In this document: positions 8,937 to 18,657 of the stretch, one piece after another
Layout: each line of letters begins with the position of its first letter
How positions within the stretch are numbered: position 1 is the first letter of the stretch
Assembly (NCBI GenBank): GCA_937863565.1
Contig: CALMGJ010000012.1
Span: forward strand, 62,001 to 126,000
Direction of reading: 5' to 3'
Length of the DNA: 64,000 nucleotides
Origin: an uncultured bacterium
Lineage (GTDB): Bacteria; AUK180
Translations under genes and position numbers: made by a program
Notes under the pieces: model-generated
Databases searched by the model: none
Told to the model about the DNA's origin: nothing
Seen by the model: the letters and a program-made list of their open reading frames with translations, nothing else

Positions 8937-9998
8937 CTATTCGAGCATATCTTCTGTGATCGTTGTATCTTCCGGTATATCGCGCCCGGCTTTCCTGCCG
9001 AGTATTTTCTTCATATCATATGGAGGTATTCCCGTTCCCGGTCTTTTCAGTGTGAGAAGTTCGGCCGCTATTACAGCGCCTTTCGGTATATCGATGGCAG
9101 CGACAACGGACCTTCTCGCAAAATGCCGCGCATTGATCTCTCCGGGAAGGAAATTCTTGTAAAATGATCCGCCGGCTTTCTTTAAAAAGGCGATCCTTTT
9201 CTTCAGGATGACGATGTCCTGTATATCCATCGAATGATAATGCTCATTACCCGGCAGTGTTTTATCCAGCGTGAAATGCTTCTCGAGTACATGTGCCCCG
9301 AGAAGGAATGAAGCGGTGAGCACCTCCATATGCTTATCCGGGACCGTGTGATCGGAGTACCCTATCAGATAATCAGGGAACTCCTCACGGAGATTTTCGA
9401 TCATATAGATATTGGCGTCCTCGACCGGAGTAGGGTATTCCAGCACGCTGTGGAGGATGCATATATCGAAATTATCATTTTTCTCTATTGCCCGCACTGC
9501 GATACGGATCTCCTCCATACTTGCTGCGCCCGTCGAAAGAAGAATGGGCTTTTTCGTGCTTGCGATATATTCCAAAAAGGGAAGGTTCGTGATATCTGCC
9601 GAAGCGATCTTGTAAAAAGGCGTTATCTCATACAGATAATCGACCGATTCAAAATCGAATGGAGTAGAGAGAAAATCGATCTCCTTGCCCGTAGTGTATT
9701 CAGCCAGCTCCTTGTATTCTGCCGCGGAGAATTTATCGAATTTCTTGAAAAGTTCGAATTGAGATACGCTCTTTTCTTTTTTGGGACCCCAAAGCGGAGC
9801 CTTTTTCGTAGCAAGCGTATCGGCTTTGTAAGACTGGAATTTAACGGCGCTGACCCCGGCTTTTGCGGCGCAGTTGATCATGGTCTTCGCGGCCTCGAGC
9901 AGACTTAAACCCTCTTTCTGAGCCACCTCGTAATAATTAACGCCGATCTCTGCGATCAAGTAAGGGGTATTGCCGATTATATAACTTCTGAAGTCCAT
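8937..9998 (-). CDS. N-acetylneuraminate/nonulosonate synthase family (NeuB/SpsE) with C-terminal SAF domain
   Basis: IAEIGVN, VKFQ, STPFD, KIASAD, GYSDHT, EKHFTLD, KRPGTGI; SD GGAGGTGA. Confidence 0.92.
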   Translation of the reverse strand: MDFRSYIIGNTPYLIAEIGVNYYEVAQKEGLSLLEAAKTMINCAAKAGVSAVKFQSYKADTLATKKAPLWGPKKEKSVSQFELFKKFDKFSAAEYKELAEYTTGKEIDFLSTPFDFESVDYLYEITPFYKIASADITNLPFLEYIASTKKPILLSTGAASMEEIRIAVRAIEKNDNFDICILHSVLEYPTPVEDANIYMIENLREEFPDYLIGYSDHTVPDKHMEVLTASFLLGAHVLEKHFTLDKTLPGNEHYHSMDIQDIVILKKRIAFLKKAGGSFYKNFLPGEINARHFARRSVVAAIDIPKGAVIAAELLTLKRPGTGIPPYDMKKILGRKAGRDIPEDTTITEDMLE

Positions 9999-10134
9999 CC
10001 GATCACCTCCGCCCCCTTGCGGGCCTTTATAATGATATTATATAAAAAAAAGCGATAATAGTCCAATCCGCAAGAGCGTCTTCTTTACCTTAAAACATTG
10101 AATATTACCGCGGTTTATGGTAAACTTCCTTATT

Positions 10135-11586
10135 ATGGGTCAGTCTTTATATAAAAGGACACTTGATTCGGGGATCTGGAATTTCATCCTTCGAGCTTCG
10201 AAGATCCTTATGAACTTCGTAAAACTCATTATAATCGCGCGGATCCTCCCTCCGGACGAGATCGGCCTCTTCGGCGCCGCGCTGCTCGCCGTCTCGATAA
10301 TCGAAACATTCTCACAAACAGGGATATCTGCCGCGCTTATACAGAAAAAGGAGGATATCTCTGATTTTCTGGATACTGCCTGGAGCGTGCTTCTTTTAAG
10401 AGGCATCCTGATCTTTGCCGTTTGCTTCTTCTTCGCACCTGCCGCCTCCGCCTTTCTCGGTGAAAAGGGGTTAACGCCCGTGATAAGGGTGATTTCCGTT
10501 TCATTCCTGATCGCCGGATTCAATAATATAGGAATGGTATATTTCGAGAAAGAGCTCAAGTTCCAAAAGAAGTTCGCAGTGAATTTTATCGCCAATATAT
10601 TCGACTTCACTGTCACGGTCATCCTGACGCTCGTATGGAGGAATATAGCGGCTTTGATGGCCGGATACATAGTTAATGCCGTTGTGATAATGATACTCGG
10701 TTATTCATTGCATCCGCACAGGCCCAGGTTTTCCCTCAACCGGGAACGGACGGCGGAAATGTTCAAATTCGGCAAATGGATTACGTTGAGCTCCGTACTT
10801 CTCTTCCTGATAATGCACGGTGACGATATCTTCGTGAGCAAGTATCTCGGCCTTGCCATGCTGGCATTCTATCAATTCGCCTACAGAGTATCCAATATGC
10901 CTGCGACCGAGATCGCTGCCGTCGTAACCCAGGTATCTTTTCCCGCTTTTTCACTGATACAGGACGATCCCGTAAAGCTACGGACCGCATTCAGGCAGGT
11001 CCTTTCACTGACAGCGCTCGTATCTTTCTATCTTACTGCCGGGATCATGGTACTTGCTCCGGATATAATCGCCTATTTCCTCAAGCCCGAATGGATGGCC
11101 GCCGCGGTCCCTCTTCAGATCCTTGCCGTATGGGGTGCGGTGAGATCCATCGCGGGAATAAACACCTCTGTACTGAACGCAGTAAAAAGGCCCGATATCA
11201 TCACTAAGCTCAGTGCCGTGAAACTTTTGATCCTTGCAGTTCTGATCTTCCCTTTGACGAAAAAATGGGGAATAACCGGAACTTCCGTGGCGGTCGTCAT
11301 CTCCTCCGTGCTGATCACTCCGGTGACCTTGCTGTTTTCCTATAAATTGTCGCTGAAAGGAAGAATGAGAGATATCGCCCTTGCCTGTACTCCCCAACTT
11401 GCGGGTCTTCTTGCGGCCGCGAGCTCGATTCTCATCTTCAGGGAAAAACATGTGACTGTCATTCTTATGATAGAGAAGTTTCTGATCCTTTCAGTTCTTT
11501 ATGCGGCTGTTCTTATATCGGCGGATGCCATTACGGGCACGCCGGTACGCAAAAGCATCGCCGTGGTCCTGAGGAAAGCGAAGTGA
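10135..11586 (+). CDS. wzx: Polysaccharide flippase, Wzx/WzxC (PST family)
   Basis: IARILPPDEIGLF, ALIQKK, Y.FAYR...P motifs, about 12-14 TM; start 10135 or 10117. Confidence 0.88.
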   Translation: MGQSLYKRTLDSGIWNFILRASKILMNFVKLIIIARILPPDEIGLFGAALLAVSIIETFSQTGISAALIQKKEDISDFLDTAWSVLLLRGILIFAVCFFFAPAASAFLGEKGLTPVIRVISVSFLIAGFNNIGMVYFEKELKFQKKFAVNFIANIFDFTVTVILTLVWRNIAALMAGYIVNAVVIMILGYSLHPHRPRFSLNRERTAEMFKFGKWITLSSVLLFLIMHGDDIFVSKYLGLAMLAFYQFAYRVSNMPATEIAAVVTQVSFPAFSLIQDDPVKLRTAFRQVLSLTALVSFYLTAGIMVLAPDIIAYFLKPEWMAAAVPLQILAVWGAVRSIAGINTSVLNAVKRPDIITKLSAVKLLILAVLIFPLTKKWGITGTSVAVVISSVLITPVTLLFSYKLSLKGRMRDIALACTPQLAGLLAAASSILIFREKHVTVILMIEKFLILSVLYAAVLISADAITGTPVRKSIAVVLRKAK

Positions 11587-12869
11587 TGGATCTGCTGGAT
11601 ACAGTTGAAAAGGGAACGTGCACCGGCTGCGGTGTCTGCACTGCGGCCTGCCGTTACGGTGCCATAAAAATGGAGAAGACGCCGGATGGCTCATATGCCC
11701 CTTCAGTGAAGATATCCCTTTGCGTAGACTGCGGGAATTGCACGGCGATCTGCCCCGCTCTGAACATCTGCCCGTCGGGAATAAAAAAGGAAAGATCTCA
11801 CCGGAACAATGCCATCGGCAGTTTTGAAGAGATATTCACGGGGTATTCGCTGAACAAAGAAAGAAGATACACTTCCACTTCCGGCGGGGTCTTGCCCGAG
11901 ATAGCGGAACACCTCCTGCGAAAGGGAGCGATAGATGCCGTAATAGGGTTAGGCCGGCGGGAGGGGCTTTTCGAATATGTTCCGGGGATCTTCTCCGATG
12001 TTTCCGAACTCACAAGGGCCGTATATATCCCTGTTCCTCTCGATACCGTTCTGAAAGATATCGACAGATCTAAAAGATACCTTCTCATAGGGCTTCCCTG
12101 TCATGTGCATGGTTTGAAATGTCTCCTTGAAAAAGATCCCGAATTGAAAAAATGCATCAAATACGTATTCGGGCTCTTCTGCTCCCATACGATCTCGGAA
12201 ACAGGTGTGCGCACTGTTCTTGAGAACCGCGGTATCGACCCTGCCTCGGTCGATAAATTGTCTTTCCGGGGCAACGGTTGGCCAGGAGGCATCAGCATTT
12301 CCTTGAAAGACGGAAGAACGGCGCTGATCGCAAATCAGGATTCCGTCTGGAGTTTTCTGTATGGCGGTTATTTCTGTTCTTTCATACACTGTCTTTGCTG
12401 TGTAGACCATACAAATGAACTGGCCGATATCAGCTTCGGTGATGCATGGCTCAAAGAGGTCATGGCCGGGGATGATCAAGGCAGTTCTATGGTCATCGTA
12501 AGGGATCCGGAATTATTGAGCGTTCTGAACGAAATGAACGGCAGTACTCTGGCCCTCACTCCTTCGAATCCGAATAAAGCCGCGAAATCCCAGCGCGCTC
12601 CGCTTACCATAAAGAAATCCCTGTACCTCTCCCGGAAAAAAATACTCACTGCTTTCGGATACGGAGAGATCAGACCTTTCCTTGAAGGGGGCCTTCCCGA
12701 AAAATCCGGGTTCTTTCCCGCGGCATTCAACTTTATCCTACTTCTCAATGTGCTGTCCGGCCGCTCGTATATCATGCGACGCTTCGCTGCGAATGCCGGC
12801 ATCCCGATTTTAAGGACGCTCTACGGGATCTTCAAAGCACTTCTAAAAAAAGCAGGGGAGAACCGGTGA
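11583..12869 (+). CDS. Coenzyme F420 hydrogenase beta-subunit-like (FrhB) protein with N-terminal 2x[4Fe-4S] ferredoxin
   Basis: CTGCGVC, CVDCGNC..CP, STSGG, GLPC, GLFC, FRGNGWPG, ADISFGDAW. Confidence 0.88.
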   Translation: MMDLLDTVEKGTCTGCGVCTAACRYGAIKMEKTPDGSYAPSVKISLCVDCGNCTAICPALNICPSGIKKERSHRNNAIGSFEEIFTGYSLNKERRYTSTSGGVLPEIAEHLLRKGAIDAVIGLGRREGLFEYVPGIFSDVSELTRAVYIPVPLDTVLKDIDRSKRYLLIGLPCHVHGLKCLLEKDPELKKCIKYVFGLFCSHTISETGVRTVLENRGIDPASVDKLSFRGNGWPGGISISLKDGRTALIANQDSVWSFLYGGYFCSFIHCLCCVDHTNELADISFGDAWLKEVMAGDDQGSSMVIVRDPELLSVLNEMNGSTLALTPSNPNKAAKSQRAPLTIKKSLYLSRKKILTAFGYGEIRPFLEGGLPEKSGFFPAAFNFILLLNVLSGRSYIMRRFAANAGIPILRTLYGIFKALLKKAGENR

Positions 12870-14107
12870 AGGAACTTATTTTCTCCATTATCAATTCGCA
12901 TGCCAATAACCGGGGGGACGAAGCCGCCCAGAAGGCCCTTATCCTGATGATAAGAAAAGAACATCCGGGGTGCAGATTCAATATCTTCACGAATAATCCC
13001 TCCGCTCTTTTCGAGATGCCCGGCATTGCCGTAAAAAGATCCCCCGTGATCTCGAAAAAGGGCATTCTTGCATTTATAGCCGCATTGAACAGAGTAAGAA
13101 AAGGTATAAAAGGGGATAGAAGGAACAGCTTCGATGATCTTCTTTATGCTATAAAGGAAAGCAGTATCGTGATCTCTTCCCCCGGAGGGCCATATATCGG
13201 CGACCTCTATACGGACCACGAGATCAGCGAACATCTTTTCTCCATTTTCTGCGCCCATCTTCTAAAAAAGCCGGTAATGATATACGGCCCATCGATGGGA
13301 CCTTTCAATAGGAAATTCCGCAATATGATACGCCGGCATATATTGGGCCGCTGCAGGGCAATTACGGTAAGGGACGGTATATCGATGGAGCATCTGAGAT
13401 CACTCAAATTAAAAGGCCCTCTTACTGCTTTGACCGCAGACTCCGCATTTCAGGTCCCCGTTGCGGAATTTTCTCAAGCGTCTCCGGCCAATACGGACCT
13501 CATCGGAAAGGGGAACAGCCTGAAGATCGGTTTCACCGCCGCCGCTGCCGCATGGAATTTCAGGATGGAAAAAAATAAAGAGGAGCTCGAAGAAAAATAT
13601 GTGAACAATATCGCCGCCGCCCTTGATGCAATAATTGAGAGAACGGGCGGCCGCATCATCTGTTTCCCGCAGCTTTACGGCGCCGAGGAGGATCTGGTTA
13701 TTCATGAAAGAATAGGTTCCAGTATGAAGAACCCCGGGAATTACGGCATCCTTCCCAAAACTGCGGATTCCGACGAACAGCAGAAACTCATCGCCGGTCT
13801 GGATCTTTTTATAGGCAACAGATATCACAGCCTTATTTTTGCCTTAAAGAACACGATTCCATGTCTTGCTGTCTCCTATGAGCATAAAACGGATGATCTT
13901 ATGGCAAGATTCGGAATGTCCGGCTATTGCGTGAAAGCTGCCGGTTTAACGGAGGGACTTCTAACGGAGAGATTTTTAGCGCTCGCTGAAAAGGCGGGTG
14001 ATATTAAAAAGGCTATTGCATCTGCCCTTGAAAAAACGGTTGACGCAGCAGGGATCAATCATGTTTTTGCGGAAAAGCTTATCCGTGAGGCGGTAGAAAA
14101 GCAGTGA
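12866..14107 (+). CDS. Polysaccharide pyruvyl transferase family (WcaK-like)
   Basis: NRGDEA, GPSMGPF, TVRD..S, ADSAF, RYHS, YEHK. Confidence 0.9.
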   Translation: MKELIFSIINSHANNRGDEAAQKALILMIRKEHPGCRFNIFTNNPSALFEMPGIAVKRSPVISKKGILAFIAALNRVRKGIKGDRRNSFDDLLYAIKESSIVISSPGGPYIGDLYTDHEISEHLFSIFCAHLLKKPVMIYGPSMGPFNRKFRNMIRRHILGRCRAITVRDGISMEHLRSLKLKGPLTALTADSAFQVPVAEFSQASPANTDLIGKGNSLKIGFTAAAAAWNFRMEKNKEELEEKYVNNIAAALDAIIERTGGRIICFPQLYGAEEDLVIHERIGSSMKNPGNYGILPKTADSDEQQKLIAGLDLFIGNRYHSLIFALKNTIPCLAVSYEHKTDDLMARFGMSGYCVKAAGLTEGLLTERFLALAEKAGDIKKAIASALEKTVDAAGINHVFAEKLIREAVEKQ

Positions 14108-15249
14108 AACCGCGGTTAACCATACTCTGTCACGATGTTTCCAAGAACGCACTTGGCCGGGCCCATATATTCTATGACCTGTTGCATGAAGATTTCGATA
14201 TTGAGATAGCCGGCCCGTCTTCGACCGGCCGCATTTGGGAACCCCTCAGGGAAGAGAACATGAAGATAAAGGTCATTGACGGGCGGACTTGGCCGGAGAA
14301 AGTGATCAATATCTGCAAAGCGATCAAGGGAAAGACCGTGCTTTGCGTGAAACCGCTTTTTTACAGTTTCATTCCCGCGCTCTTGAAAGCCGCTTTTTGC
14401 GGAACCAAATTAATCCTCGACATAGACGATTACGAGAAAGGTTTTATCCGGGAGATATTCCGGGAAAAACCCCTATTGGGAAAACTGAGATACCTCCTCT
14501 ATTCCCTTTTCCGGTTCCCGTCGCCGGAGGCATTTTTTTCCGTAATGGCGCTGGACCTTGCCGCGCGTGCGGTGAAGTATAAAACAGTATCGGGCCTCGC
14601 ACTGAAAAGTATCTATGGGGGTACCGTTATACGGCATATAAAGTACCTGCCGCCCGTGCCGCCAGGGAAAAAAGAAGAGATCAGAAAATCTCTCGGCCTC
14701 GTCCACGGAGGAAAACTCGTGATGTTCCTCGGTACACCGCGTCCGCACAAGGGGCTCAAGACCCTTTTCCGCGCTATGGAGGATATGCCGTCCGATACAG
14801 TACTTCTTGTTGCCGGAGCTTCGGAGAACGAGGATCAGTTCCGCATGCAGGAGAAGAAACTTGAGGAGAAGATCGGGAAAAGGTATATCCGTCTCGGCTT
14901 CACTCCGCTCTCAGCCCTGGGAGGATATTTATCGGCCTGCGATGTCTTCGTGATCCCTCAACTGAGCACACCGTCCTCATTCGGACAGGTGCCCGCCAAA
15001 CTGTTCGATGCCATGGCGGCAGGCTGCGCTATAGCAGCCTCTGATGCCGGGGAAATACCGCTTATTCTCGGCGCCGCGGGAAAAACATATCCCTCAGGAG
15101 ATGCGGGAGCATTGAAGGAACTCCTTACTGCGCTTCTTTCCTCGGATGATGCAAGGGGAAGATTGAAATCCCTGGCCGCGGCAGCATTCGCTAAAGTACT
15201 TGAGGAGCAGAGGTCATCTGCTGCGCAACTGAAAAAGATGCTTCTATGA
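14104..15249 (+). CDS. Glycosyltransferase family 4
   Basis: GTPRPHKG, DVFVIPQ, PAKLFDAMAAG, SDAG. Confidence 0.85.
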   Translation: MKPRLTILCHDVSKNALGRAHIFYDLLHEDFDIEIAGPSSTGRIWEPLREENMKIKVIDGRTWPEKVINICKAIKGKTVLCVKPLFYSFIPALLKAAFCGTKLILDIDDYEKGFIREIFREKPLLGKLRYLLYSLFRFPSPEAFFSVMALDLAARAVKYKTVSGLALKSIYGGTVIRHIKYLPPVPPGKKEEIRKSLGLVHGGKLVMFLGTPRPHKGLKTLFRAMEDMPSDTVLLVAGASENEDQFRMQEKKLEEKIGKRYIRLGFTPLSALGGYLSACDVFVIPQLSTPSSFGQVPAKLFDAMAAGCAIAASDAGEIPLILGAAGKTYPSGDAGALKELLTALLSSDDARGRLKSLAAAAFAKVLEEQRSSAAQLKKMLL

Positions 15250-15263
15250 GCGGTCTTCCGGAT

Positions 15264-15292
15264 TTGAAAAAAACGGGAAAATGAAATAAAAT
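15264..15292 (+). promoter_or_regulatory. sigma70 promoter for the TPR gene (leaderless)
   Basis: TTGAAA(15264-69)-17-TAAAAT(15287-92)-5 nt-ATG 15298. Confidence 0.65.
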
Positions 15293-15297
15293 CGAAC

Positions 15298-17202
15298 ATG
15301 AATAAAGTGAAGGGCGATAACTCCGAAATATATTTTGACGCATTGCTGTTCCGTTCGGAGATCTACAGCCTTCTCGGCCAATACGAAAAAGCGATCGCGG
15401 ATATCCGTTCGGGCAGAACAACAGCCTCGGAGCTGGGCAAGATGCACTGGAGCGCTCAGTTCATAGCCCGTTTGAGCACAACATACGGGTATCTGAGCGA
15501 TTACGGCAAGATGAAAAAATACGCCGAAGAATCGGCGGTATTATTCGAAAAACTGCACGATGAGATCGGATTGGCGGGCTCGGTCAACAATCTCGGATAT
15601 GTTCACGATATCCGCGGCGAATACGATTCAGCAATAGAGTGTTACGGAAGATCTCTTCGTATAGCGAAGGCGTCGGGCGACGCCGGCGGTCAGGCGACCG
15701 CGTACAGCAATCTCGGCGAAGTTTATGTATCCAAAGGGGATTTCGTAAAAGCGAAAAGATACCAGGAACAGGCTTTTCGGATCAATGAGAAGAAAGGCGA
15801 TCTTCTGGGAAAGGCCAAAACATACAATAATCTCGGCCATGTTCATCAACTGACCGGCAATTACGACCTCTCCCTGAAGTTCCATGAAAAAGCGCTCGCC
15901 TTGAGAAAGAGGATCGGGGACCGCCACGGTCAGGCATCGAGTTTGAACAATCTTGCATACATGTATCAGATAACAGGCGATTATGAAGGCGCTTTGAGGC
16001 TTTACGAGGAATCTCTTTCGATCCGTCTGGAGATCGGGGATAGGGACGGGCAGGCTCAATCTTACAATAATATCGGCTACATCAGGCAGGTGAGAGGCGA
16101 ATACGAATGGGCAAAATTCCACTATGAAAGAGCGCTTGGGATATACAGTTCCATTCATGACCCTCACGGAGAATCCCTTGTTGAAGGGAATATCGGATAC
16201 ATACATTTTGCCAAGGAAGAGTATGGCGAGGCCCTATCCCGTTTTAAAAAAGCTGCGGATATACAAAAGAGGATAGGAGATAGACCGGGATTAGCCCAGA
16301 CATTCAATAATATAGGCACTGCATACCATCTTCTCGACGTCCTTGAAGAGGCTGAAAAGTACTTCAATGAATCGCTGAAGATACGAAAGGCGATCAATGA
16401 CCAGGCCGGCATCGCCCAGACCCTTCACAATATCGGATCGGTATATAGCGAACGGTCATTGTACAGGCAGGCGGCGGAGTTCTATGTAAGATCCCTTGAG
16501 ATCAAAAAGAGGATCAAGGATATGCAGAACATTACGGCCACCTGGGCTAATATGGGGTTCATCTTCGCCGCGATAGGAGAGCATAAGAAGGCCTTGGAAT
16601 ACTACAATGATTCACTGGCCGAGCGCCGCCGTATCGGTGACAAGGAAGGGTCCGAGTCAATGAAAATAGAGATTTCCAAGATCCACGGGGAACTCGGTGA
16701 TATGAAAAGAATGAGGGAATTCCTGTCTGCCGTGGACCAGGGGCATTTCAAAAGTGCAAATATCAAGATACGTTATCATATAGCGTTCGCGGAGCTGTTG
16801 AACCTTGAAGGAACAAAAACACGTGAAAATGTTCATCTGCGCGTTGCGTTGGACCTCGCCCGGCAGAGCGGCCTTAAACTCGGAACCGGCCGGTGCCTGG
16901 TGATCGAGGGCCGGTCTCTCCGGAAGGACGGAGATGCAGAGGCCGCAAAGAAGAGTTTTTCAGAGGGCATCGGACTTCTGCGCGAATCGGGCAGGGATTT
17001 CGAGCTTGCCAAAGCCCTTTTTGCGGCAGGCAGTTCCGGGATTTTTTCTTCCGGGCAAAGCACTGAATTCATCAACGCGGCCAAGAACATTTTCCTAAAA
17101 GTAGGGAATGATTTCTATCTTAAAAAAATACAAGATCCGTCCCCCGTTCCGGCAAGGAACAGAAATAGCGGCAAACCGCCGCTCCTTCCGGAAAATAAGT
17201 GA
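15298..17202 (+). CDS. Long TPR protein (40-aa TPR_12-like repeats)
   Basis: About ten clear A.S.NN(L/I)G..Y...G.Y..A...Y..SL.I...IGD..G repeats at 40-aa period. Confidence 0.9.
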   Translation: MNKVKGDNSEIYFDALLFRSEIYSLLGQYEKAIADIRSGRTTASELGKMHWSAQFIARLSTTYGYLSDYGKMKKYAEESAVLFEKLHDEIGLAGSVNNLGYVHDIRGEYDSAIECYGRSLRIAKASGDAGGQATAYSNLGEVYVSKGDFVKAKRYQEQAFRINEKKGDLLGKAKTYNNLGHVHQLTGNYDLSLKFHEKALALRKRIGDRHGQASSLNNLAYMYQITGDYEGALRLYEESLSIRLEIGDRDGQAQSYNNIGYIRQVRGEYEWAKFHYERALGIYSSIHDPHGESLVEGNIGYIHFAKEEYGEALSRFKKAADIQKRIGDRPGLAQTFNNIGTAYHLLDVLEEAEKYFNESLKIRKAINDQAGIAQTLHNIGSVYSERSLYRQAAEFYVRSLEIKKRIKDMQNITATWANMGFIFAAIGEHKKALEYYNDSLAERRRIGDKEGSESMKIEISKIHGELGDMKRMREFLSAVDQGHFKSANIKIRYHIAFAELLNLEGTKTRENVHLRVALDLARQSGLKLGTGRCLVIEGRSLRKDGDAEAAKKSFSEGIGLLRESGRDFELAKALFAAGSSGIFSSGQSTEFINAAKNIFLKVGNDFYLKKIQDPSPVPARNRNSGKPPLLPENK

Positions 17203-17220
17203 AAAAATGCCTGTTTTTTC

Positions 17221-17249
17221 TTGACAACCTTGTAAAAATCAAGTAAAAT
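17221..17249 (+). promoter_or_regulatory. sigma70 promoter of the pfkA operon
   Basis: TTGACA-17-TAAAAT; SD GGAGGT before ATG 17275. Confidence 0.8.
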
Positions 17250-17274
17250 ACATTAATTAATGTCGGAGGTTCAT

Positions 17275-18315
17275 ATGGGAAAGAGAATAGGGCTACTAAC
17301 CGGCGGCGGGGATGCCCCGGGACTTAACGCTGTGATCCGCGGCGCGGCATATCCGCTGATCCGCAAGGGTTACGAGGTTCTGGGATTCCATCTCGGCTGG
17401 AAGGGCATGCTCGAAAAGGATTTCGAGGTCCTCACGATCGAAAAGATCGCCGACATTCACCGTTTCGGCGGGACGATATTGGGCAGTTCCCGTACAAATG
17501 TCTATAAAAAGGAGAATGGCGTCGAAATAGTCAAGAAAAATTTCAAAGACATCCCCATCGATGCACTTATTGCGATCGGAGGGGATGATACGCTGGGCGT
17601 TGCGGCAAAACTTTTTACGGACGGTGTCAACGTCGTCGGCGTGCCGAAAACGATAGACAATGATGTGAACGGGACAGATTACACGTTCGGTTTCGATACG
17701 GCGATAAACAGGGTGATGGAAACGCTTGATTGGTTGCATACTACTACAAAAGCCCACAGGCGTGTCATGGTCGTTGAGATAATGGGACGCACGGCGGGGT
17801 GGATAACGCTTCACGGAGGGATCGCCGGCGGCGCGCACCTCATTCTGATACCCGAAGTGCCTTTCGATATCGACGAAGTCGCCGCCCAGGTCAAGGAAGC
17901 CCACAAGAAGAACGGCTATTGCATTGTGGCTGTCGCCGAAGGAGCAGAGGAACCGAAATTAAAGGCCCATATCATGAGATCGCAGGAGAAGGACGAATTC
18001 GGCCATGCCCAGCTGTGGAGCGGTATTGGCATCGGAGAGGTCATGGCTAGAGAGCTTAATGACCGTACGGGACTTGAAACGAGGGCCCTCGTTCTGGGGC
18101 ATCTTCAGAGAGGCGGCAATCCGTCTGCCTTTGACAGAGTGCTCGGCACCCGCTTCGGGGTCCGCGCTGCCGAATGCGTGATGAACGAAGAGTGGGGTAA
18201 AATGGTCTCTTTGAAGGGATCGGATATCGGCACCGTTCCCCTGCAGGACGCGCTTGCTGCGCTTAAGCACGTAACGAACGAGCGGTACGGCACTGCAAAG
18301 ATCTTCTTCGGATAA
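17275..18315 (+). CDS. pfkA: 6-phosphofructokinase (PfkA family, GGDD variant; ATP vs PPi donor not resolved)
   Basis: TGGGDAPGLN, GGTILGSSR, GGDDT, PKTIDND, MGR, LGHLQRGG. Confidence 0.95.
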   Translation: MGKRIGLLTGGGDAPGLNAVIRGAAYPLIRKGYEVLGFHLGWKGMLEKDFEVLTIEKIADIHRFGGTILGSSRTNVYKKENGVEIVKKNFKDIPIDALIAIGGDDTLGVAAKLFTDGVNVVGVPKTIDNDVNGTDYTFGFDTAINRVMETLDWLHTTTKAHRRVMVVEIMGRTAGWITLHGGIAGGAHLILIPEVPFDIDEVAAQVKEAHKKNGYCIVAVAEGAEEPKLKAHIMRSQEKDEFGHAQLWSGIGIGEVMARELNDRTGLETRALVLGHLQRGGNPSAFDRVLGTRFGVRAAECVMNEEWGKMVSLKGSDIGTVPLQDALAALKHVTNERYGTAKIFFG

Positions 18316-18318
18316 CAA

Positions 18319-18657
18319 ATGAAGTGGCTTGAGATACTCCAGAATGTCATACAGACACTTCTGACGGTATTCATTACTTTTCTTGTGTTCTGGCTCGCAG
18401 GTATCGTAAAGAAAAAATTCGGGAAAACCATGTCCGAGAAATATCTTAATGCCGCTCTGATGGCGGTCAAGATCACCGAACAACTCACAAGAACATCGGG
18501 AACTTCGGTGAATGGCCCGGGCAAAAAGACGATGGCCATAGGCATAGCTAAAGAGATCCTGGCCAAGGAAAATGAAAAGAATATAGACGAGGATATGCTT
18601 TCAAATATAATAGAGGCATCCGTCTACGAGATAAAAGGCAAAAAAAATGAAACTTAA
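18319..18657 (+). CDS. Small single-TM protein resembling LL-H-family phage holin
   Basis: N-terminal TM, then A..AVK..EQ....G.GKK..A....IEASV.E pattern. Confidence 0.6.
   Translation: MKWLEILQNVIQTLLTVFITFLVFWLAGIVKKKFGKTMSEKYLNAALMAVKITEQLTRTSGTSVNGPGKKTMAIGIAKEILAKENEKNIDEDMLSNIIEASVYEIKGKKNET

Noticed and set aside
15246-15297. A7 homopolymer frameshift joining the ATGA-overlap start (15246) to the TPR gene
   Set aside because: Removing one A would fuse the frames, but a TTGAAA-17-TAAAAT-N5-ATG promoter explains the 15298 start in the same way as other genes; not fully excluded
18319-18657. Prophage
   Set aside because: No other phage genes, integrase or att-like repeats; the flanks are housekeeping genes
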